Shown here: positions 58,297 to 64,000 of the stretch, piece by piece
Position numbering within the stretch: position 1 is the first letter of the stretch
Layout of the letters: the number at the start of each line of letters is the position of its first letter
DNA from: a bacterium
Lineage (GTDB): Bacteria; RBG-13-61-14; DATKZS01
NCBI GenBank assembly: GCA_963674965.2
Contig: CAXXFL010000006.1
Location: 224,001 to 288,000, forward strand
DNA: 64,000 bases
Direction: 5' to 3'
Notes under the pieces: generated by a model
The model's input: only the letters and a program-made list of their open reading frames with translations
Told to the model about the DNA's origin: nothing
The model's database searches: none
Made by a program: the position numbers and the translations under genes

Positions 58297-59718
58297 TCAC
58301 ATCAGCGGCGACAACAGCCGGGCGAAGCTGTCTTTCAGTTTTGCCAGGTAACCCCTGCGATCAAGGTCCTCTTCGGTCACCTCCTTGCTTACCGCCTGGT
58401 CGCGGTGGAAGCGAGCTTCCAATTCGCCCGCGAACACCGGGTCCAGTACCAGGCCCCCTAGTTCGAAGTTGAGTCGGAAGCTGCGGATGTCGAGATTGGC
58501 GCTTCCAACGATGCTCCATCGGTTATCGACCATCAATGTCTTGGCATGGAGCATGGAAGGCAAATACTCGAACACGCGCACGCCCCCGCGCGTCAGCGAT
58601 GGGAAATACGATCGCGCCGCCGCGCCCACCAAACGAATGTCACCCTTGCCAGGCACTAGTACACGTACGTCCACCCCTCGCATGGCCGCGCTGATCAGGG
58701 CCTTTAAAATGGCGTCATCCGGGATGAAATAGGGGCTGGTCAGATAAATCTTGCTCCGGGCCGAGGCAATGCCGGCGAAGAAGACAAAAGAGTTGGCGTT
58801 ATGTTCCTGATCGGGCCCGCTCGGTATCACCGCCACGATGGAAGCGTCATCCGCTTCGGGCAGCGGGTGGGGCGGCGGCGACAACTGCTCATCGGCAGCG
58901 AAAAACCAGTCCTCCGCAAAGGTCTGCGCCAGTTCGCCCACCGCCGGGCCACGCATCATCAGGTGGGTGTCGAGAAAGACCATGTCCCCTTTCCGCCGTG
59001 ACGATCCAGAGTATTCGTCGCCGACGTTCATACTGCCGGTGAAACCGATTTTGCCGTCCACGATGATAATTTTACGGTGGTTGCGCAGGTGCACGGACCA
59101 GCGCCGACGCAGGGGGTTGATAGGCAGGAAGGCTTCCACCTTGCCGCCCGCGGACTTGAGGGCCTTAAGCCGCGCCGCGTCCAGGCCCATCGAGCCCAGG
59201 GCGTCATAAAGAAGTCTGACCTCCACCCCCGATCCGGCCCGCTCGGTCAGGGCATCAAGAAAGCGATGGCCGGTCTCGTCGTTATTAATGATGTAATATT
59301 CCGCCCAGATGCTGTGTCGGGCGGACGAAACCGCGGCCATCATCTTTGCAACCGCATCCTTGTTGTCGGCCATCAGTTCGACCCGATTGCCGGCCGTTGG
59401 AGCCAGTCCGGTCAGACGGACCGCGAGTTGCAGCAGCGAGCCTTCCAGCGCATCCACGGAGAGCCCCGGCGCGGCATGCCCCTGCCGGCTAAGGGTCCTC
59501 CGCAATGTCATGGCCGAGATGCGCTTGCGTCGAGTGACGCGCCTGACCCCGGCCCTGGTGAGCAACAGGTAAGAAACGGCGCCCACCACCGGCAGGGCCA
59601 CGATGGCGAACATCCAGGCCAGGGTCGCCTCCACCCCGTGCCGCCGCGATACCGCGCGGAACAGGGCGTAGGCGGAGAGCGTGTAAACGCACACCCAGAA
59701 CAAAGTCATCTTGCTCAT
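58297..59718 (-). CDS. cls: Cardiolipin synthase
   Basis: PLDc_N TM hairpin and two HKD motifs (HRKIIIVD, HAKTLMVD), GSANLDIRS. Confidence 0.92.
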   Translation of the reverse strand: MSKMTLFWVCVYTLSAYALFRAVSRRHGVEATLAWMFAIVALPVVGAVSYLLLTRAGVRRVTRRKRISAMTLRRTLSRQGHAAPGLSVDALEGSLLQLAVRLTGLAPTAGNRVELMADNKDAVAKMMAAVSSARHSIWAEYYIINNDETGHRFLDALTERAGSGVEVRLLYDALGSMGLDAARLKALKSAGGKVEAFLPINPLRRRWSVHLRNHRKIIIVDGKIGFTGSMNVGDEYSGSSRRKGDMVFLDTHLMMRGPAVGELAQTFAEDWFFAADEQLSPPPHPLPEADDASIVAVIPSGPDQEHNANSFVFFAGIASARSKIYLTSPYFIPDDAILKALISAAMRGVDVRVLVPGKGDIRLVGAAARSYFPSLTRGGVRVFEYLPSMLHAKTLMVDNRWSIVGSANLDIRSFRLNFELGGLVLDPVFAGELEARFHRDQAVSKEVTEEDLDRRGYLAKLKDSFARLLSPLM

Positions 59719-59739
59719 TGGCGGCCGAACGACCAAGGC

Positions 59740-60228
59740 TTACCCGATGTTTGAGTCATGCGATCTCCTGCGCCGGGTCAAAGGTTGGGAGCCTGATTTC
59801 TGTCTTGGTTTTGCCTTCGGGGAATTATCTTTAAACCACTTTCGAACCTTCGCCGTGATCTGACGGTCCGTCATCTTGTCAACGGTTTCAACGCCCACGA
59901 TGCGGTCGTCAAGATTGTTAGTTTCGAGACGTTTGCGCAGTTCGTCTTTTGCCTCGCCAGGACCGAATATCAGGATTGCCTCCGAATTGCTAATACTCGC
60001 GATTACGGCATCGTAGAAAATGTTGAGCTCTCCCTCAAATTTTCTCTGGCGGCTATCGTCCTCCGGCACTAGCTGTGATTCATAGGGACCCTCTAGAGGC
60101 GAATCACCGGAACGACGGAGTTGTTTTTCAACCTTCGAGAGGATCAGCCTCACCTCTTCCCCTTGATCCGTAAGCGCCACTATTCTGGCCTTCTTGTGGT
60201 CAATCCATAGACCCACTTTGGTTCTCAT
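59740..60228 (-). CDS. Host-attachment/baeRF (eRF1 domain 2-like) protein
   Basis: GLWIDHKKA, ILIFGPGEAK, DKMTDRQ; ATG 60228 lies 5 nt after AGGAGA. Confidence 0.7.
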   Translation of the reverse strand: MRTKVGLWIDHKKARIVALTDQGEEVRLILSKVEKQLRRSGDSPLEGPYESQLVPEDDSRQRKFEGELNIFYDAVIASISNSEAILIFGPGEAKDELRKRLETNNLDDRIVGVETVDKMTDRQITAKVRKWFKDNSPKAKPRQKSGSQPLTRRRRSHDSNIG

Positions 60229-60289
60229 CAATCTCTCCTATGATGGTTGTCTACCCAACCTTTTAAATTAGCTGAATTATTTTACAAAC

Positions 60290-61306
60290 TCAGCCTTTCG
60301 CTATTACTCCGTTCGGGAAGTCCTCCCAAATCAAGTTTTCCTGTAAAGTGATGTAAATGATCTTCAAAAATTTGCGAGCCAGCGCGATGATGGCCTTGCC
60401 CGCGCCGCGCCTGGCCTTGATACGCTCGTAGAAGCTCGACAAATAAGGGCTGTAACGCTTGGCGATGAGGGCGCATTGGACCAGGGTAGTGCGGCCGAGT
60501 TTGTTGCCCCGCTTCGTGATCCGGCCCGAGCGGCTGGTCTCGTTCGAGTTGCTAACCCGGGGGACGATGCCGAAGTAGGAGGCCAGCTTGCCCTCGTCGG
60601 GGAAGTCCTTGACGTCAACGATCACCGACAAAAGTATGGCCGAGCCAAGGTCCCCGATACCCTTTATGCTCTTCAAATTCTTGTGACCGGGAAGCTGATT
60701 GCCCGAGTCCTTGATGGCGGCCTCAAGCTCCTTGACCCCGGCGTTCAAGCCCCGAATCTGCTCCACCAGGACGCGGACCTCGGTCTTGACCATGGGGTCG
60801 AAAGGTATCTCCTGCACCGTCTCAAGGCCCTTCTCGCTGGAAAGATATTCCTTCTTCAGGTTGATGCCGTGGGCCGAGCAGATGTTGTTGATCTTGTTCT
60901 TCAAGGCCGTGCGAAGCTTCACCAGCTTGTCCCGGCTTTGAGTGAGGCTTTTAACCTGAGCGTGTTCCTTGTTCGGCATCCTCACCTCCGGCAAAAGGCC
61001 CTTGGACAAAAACAGGGCAAGGCGTCTGGCGTCGTTGCCGTCCGTTTTGTTGACCGACTCGCTGATGACCTTGAACTGGCGAGGGTTGACAACCACGACG
61101 CGGGAAACGAGGCCGCGAACGGCGTCGTAAAAAAGGCGGACGTTGCCCGTGACCTCAACCGCGATCTCGTCGGACTCGCGAAGCGTCGAGCAAAACTTCT
61201 CCAAATCCTCGAGACGCCAGTCCTTGAGATAGTTCCGTCCGTTCTCGGCCAGGACGCAAGAGGTGAAACAATTCCTGTGCAGATCGATTCCAATGTACCT
61301 TCCCAT
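60290..61306 (-). CDS. IS110 DEDD recombinase/transposase
   Basis: Protein identical to 53286-54302. Confidence 0.93.
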   Translation of the reverse strand: MGRYIGIDLHRNCFTSCVLAENGRNYLKDWRLEDLEKFCSTLRESDEIAVEVTGNVRLFYDAVRGLVSRVVVVNPRQFKVISESVNKTDGNDARRLALFLSKGLLPEVRMPNKEHAQVKSLTQSRDKLVKLRTALKNKINNICSAHGINLKKEYLSSEKGLETVQEIPFDPMVKTEVRVLVEQIRGLNAGVKELEAAIKDSGNQLPGHKNLKSIKGIGDLGSAILLSVIVDVKDFPDEGKLASYFGIVPRVSNSNETSRSGRITKRGNKLGRTTLVQCALIAKRYSPYLSSFYERIKARRGAGKAIIALARKFLKIIYITLQENLIWEDFPNGVIAKG

Positions 61307-61318
61307 TTCCTTACTCCT

Positions 61319-61539
61319 CCCTAGAAATAAATTTGATCTAAGGTCGGAGTAGACACGCTTTGAGGGGCCGCCAAACTCCTATACAAGGTCTAGCCTTACG
61401 GTGGCGCTCCAGTCGCGGGGCTGACTAATCTCCTTTACGAGGTCATAAGCCTCACGAAAACGATCCAGCCCACGACCCGCCTACTCCAATAGATCATTCC
61501 TAACCTAGTTGAAGTATTTACCACCTCAAAACTCTTCAT
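61319..61539 (-). ncRNA. Predicted bridge RNA of IS110 copy 2
   Basis: Same sequence as copy 1; target guide 61428-61436, donor guide 61376-61382. Confidence 0.7.
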
Positions 61540-61642
61540 TCATACCATCTCCTTTGTCTATTTGCTTATCCTCTGGCAGCGCCAACATTTCGCGTCGCGC
61601 CGGCCGCCAACGAACCGGCGTCATAAGTTCTGAAACTCAGGC

Positions 61643-62467
61643 TTACTCGATGGTCATCAGGTTTTTTACCGCCAGCACGCCGTTAATGTCGTTAGCGAGC
61701 AAGGTGGCCAGGGTCTTTTCGGCCTCGTTCTTGGCCGTGCCGGACAAGGTGACCACGCCCTTGAACGTTTTCACCTTGGTCTTGAGGGCGCTGGTGGAGC
61801 GATGGGACAGCAAGGCGTACTTGACCTGGGCGGTGATGGACGAGTCGTCAACGGTATACGCCGCGTAATTGATTGCGTTTTTGGCGGTTCTGGACGTGTC
61901 ATCAACGGCGTCCCCCACGTAATCTTTCGCGTCAATGTAGGTCGCTTTCCAGGAACCGTTCACGACCATCTCGTTCTTGACGCTTTTTACGCCATCGACG
62001 TCTTCGGCGTATGCAGTCGCCAATTCCTTTTTGGCCTGGTTGGAGGTGACGCCCTTCAGGGTAATGACGCCGTCTTTGGCGGAAACGTCGATTTTACTGT
62101 CGTTCACGCTTCTATGAACGGCGAGCGTAATTTCCACCTTCTCTTGGATCCACGCATCCGAGTTGGCGGTCGGGTCCTCATCCTTGATGGTCAGCCGGTT
62201 GTCCACTTTTTTGACCCCGGGCATGGCCGCTACGGTCGTTTCGGCCAATAGTTTGCGGGAGGATCCGGCGACGACCCCGGTCAAGGTGACCACCCCGTCC
62301 TTGCACACGATTTTAATGTCGTCGCCCCTGAGAAAGGTCTTGAAGATATACGAATCCTTGACGGACGACATGATTTGAGCATCCGTCACGGACGCGCGCA
62401 CCGGCGTGACCATCGTCATCAGAACGGCAATGGCCGCCATCAGAAACACGTTATGTTTTGCTTTCAT
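61643..62467 (-). CDS. Triple BON-domain protein (paralogue)
   Basis: Same length (274 aa) and collinear with 41794-42618. Confidence 0.9.
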   Translation of the reverse strand: MKAKHNVFLMAAIAVLMTMVTPVRASVTDAQIMSSVKDSYIFKTFLRGDDIKIVCKDGVVTLTGVVAGSSRKLLAETTVAAMPGVKKVDNRLTIKDEDPTANSDAWIQEKVEITLAVHRSVNDSKIDVSAKDGVITLKGVTSNQAKKELATAYAEDVDGVKSVKNEMVVNGSWKATYIDAKDYVGDAVDDTSRTAKNAINYAAYTVDDSSITAQVKYALLSHRSTSALKTKVKTFKGVVTLSGTAKNEAEKTLATLLANDINGVLAVKNLMTIE

Positions 62468-62584
62468 GATACTTCCCCCTTTTCTTGTTGCGTTTGTTGC
62501 TTGGTCGTTTTGCGGTGAAAAACTTCAGTCCTATCACCGCCAGCATCGGGTAAAGCCGCATATCATCACGGAGACTCCCCGCTT

Positions 62585-62795
62585 TTACGCCGCCTCCATA
62601 TGATTATTTTTCCGAGGATTCTCCAGGAAAAATATCTCGCGACCGTCCTGGTTTATGATGTCGGCGAGCATGATGGCGACCAGGGCCTTTTTGGCCTGGT
62701 CCGAAAGCGGGAGTTCGGCCACTTCATCATAAAGAGCTTCCACCAGGTCTCCCAGAGAGCATTCGTCATTTCGATCCAGCCGTTCGTAATCCATG
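62585..62795 (-). CDS. Small conserved hypothetical protein (paralogue of 44068-44280)
   Basis: CSLGDLVEALYDEVAELPLSD; SD GAGGAGG before MDYER. Confidence 0.7.
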
Positions 62796-62838
62796 GCTGT
62801 TACCTCCTCTTCTGGTAAGGGTGAAAAATTTCCATCCA

Positions 62839-63521
62839 TCATTTTAAAAAATACCGAATATCCTTAACTGCCTCCGGTTCAGAGACCTCGATTTTTTGAA
62901 CCTCGGACCGGAGAACCAGGGCGTGTGGGTTTTTCCAACCCCCGCTGTTCCCCGACGCCGGCTCCGCCCGAGCATTATCTTCGTCCTGATACGCTGCGAT
63001 CGCCGACTCAATATGACTCACCAGAAGCGGCATCGAAAAGGGCTTTGGTAAAAACGAATACCCCCTCGCTCAATGGCCGCTTGACTGATGGTCACTGGGT
63101 CATCGCCTGAAATTATAATTACCGGCAGCTTTGGGCTGTTGCGCTTCAACTCGCTCAAGAGGTCCAGGCCGTTGCCGTCGGGCAGGCCCACGTCCAGCAC
63201 CGCGGCGTCGGGGGGGTCATATTGGTTGTAGATCCGGCGCGCCTCCGCCAGGGAGTGGGCGAGCATGAACCGCCACTGCGGCCGGATTTCGTTCATATAC
63301 TCAGTGGCGGTCTCGACCAGCATACGGTTGTCGTCCACAAATAACAGGGTCGTAGGCATGACTTTTTCTCCTTCCAGAGACGGGGACACTTGAAACCCCT
63401 GGCCGTTCATCCCCAATTTGCGCTGCAATTTCTCAGCAAGCTTGGCCAGTTTGGAATCAGGCGCCCGCGGGAAATGGTGTTTTAAAACATTGATGATGAT
63501 TTCACTTTTGGCCTGGCTCAT
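62839..63521 (-). pseudogene. Response regulator paralogue with a 1-nt frameshift
   Basis: G5 run at 63061-63065; adding one G gives GGYSFLPKPFSMPLLVSHIES, matching the paralogue GGYAFLPKPFSTPVLVSHIES. Confidence 0.8.
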
Positions 63522-63573
63522 TTTTTTCCTCCTCCCGCGATCTGTTCGGGGACCTCATAATCAGTGGTCCGAA

Positions 63574-64000
63574 CTACTCGCCGCCTTTATCCAAGATGAT
63601 GGTAAACAGGACTCTCCGGTTGGCCTGGGCGGCCCGTGACTCAATGTCCTCGGGGAACGGTTCATACTCGGCCGGCCGATCCTCTCCATATCCGATTTTC
63701 TTGAGCCGATCCGGGGCAATGCCGCCATCATTGATGAGGTATTGCCTGACCGCGGTTGCTCTTCTTTCGCTCAGCTTTTGGTTATATTCGTCGGCGCCGC
63801 TGGCGGAGGCATATCCGGCAATCAGGAAACGAAGAATCGGGTTGTCTTTCAGCGTCTGGATGTTTTGATTCATGATCGCCTGCCCTTGCGGAGTAAGGCT
63901 CGAACTATCGTGGGCGAAATGAGCATCATCAAGCTCGATGAGCACTACCGGCGCCGTGGTAAAGCTCCAGGCGCAACTGGTATGCAGGACCTTGCCTTCA
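63574..64000 (-). CDS. OmpA-domain protein, 5'-partial (preceding domain ends WSFTT, Ig-like)
   Basis: Frame is open to the window end: EGKVLHTSCAWSFTTAPVVLIELDDAHF...GYASASGADEYNQKLSERRA. Confidence 0.85.
   Translation of the reverse strand, partial: EGKVLHTSCAWSFTTAPVVLIELDDAHFAHDSSSLTPQGQAIMNQNIQTLKDNPILRFLIAGYASASGADEYNQKLSERRATAVRQYLINDGGIAPDRLKKIGYGEDRPAEYEPFPEDIESRAAQANRRVLFTIILDKGGE

Larger units (their letters stand above)
60240..61553 (-). mobile_element. IS110-family element, copy 2
   Basis: Offset +7004 from copy 1; TCTCCT at 60234-60239 and 61548-61553; one synonymous difference noticed (53379 T vs 60383 C). Confidence 0.92.
47864..64000. mobile_element. Genomic island B (extends beyond the window)
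   Basis: att core plus adjacent integrase in the same arrangement as island A; cargo paralogous to island A; far boundary not seen. Confidence 0.72.

Noticed and set aside
1-64000. CRISPR array, reverse transcriptase/DGR/retron, prophage or conjugation genes
   Set aside because: No regularly spaced repeats, no RT motifs and no structural or T4SS genes seen. The duplicated BON/OmpA genes differ at synonymous sites, not specifically at adenines.

Overview
GC-rich bacterial chromosome window; the gene content suggests a deltaproteobacterial-type organism (inference). Positions 1-22.6 kb look like host backbone: a hybrid histidine kinase, an M20 peptidase, a REP-flanked Y1/HUH transposase, an EndoQ-UvrD fusion, PaaI, SDR, GT2, a GMC oxidoreductase pair, GH38, a penicillin acylase and IolN. 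From about 23.2 kb to the window end lie two tandem genomic islands delimited by copies of a 25-bp tmRNA(ssrA)-3'-end-like att core (23228-23252, 47864-47888). Each island has a related tyrosine integrase whose reading frame runs through the att core, so recombination would rewrite its C-terminus. Island A (24.6 kb, integrase broken by an IS3-like element) carries a 3065-aa cyclic beta-1,2-glucan synthetase plus GGDEF, PilZ, SPFH, radical SAM, OmpA, BON and a sigma-54 activator. Island B (47.9 kb to beyond 64 kb) carries a deletion-damaged Na+-type N-ATPase operon, pgm, tal, cls and paralogues of island A genes. The most striking signal is two near-identical IS110 copies, both inserted into a Shine-Dalgarno sequence (AAAGGAGA). 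Their non-coding left end holds two look-alike stem-loops, one carrying that target sequence and the other the donor-junction sequence. This makes a candidate bridge-RNA recombinase programmed against ribosome-binding sites. All calls were made by eye; no searches were run.
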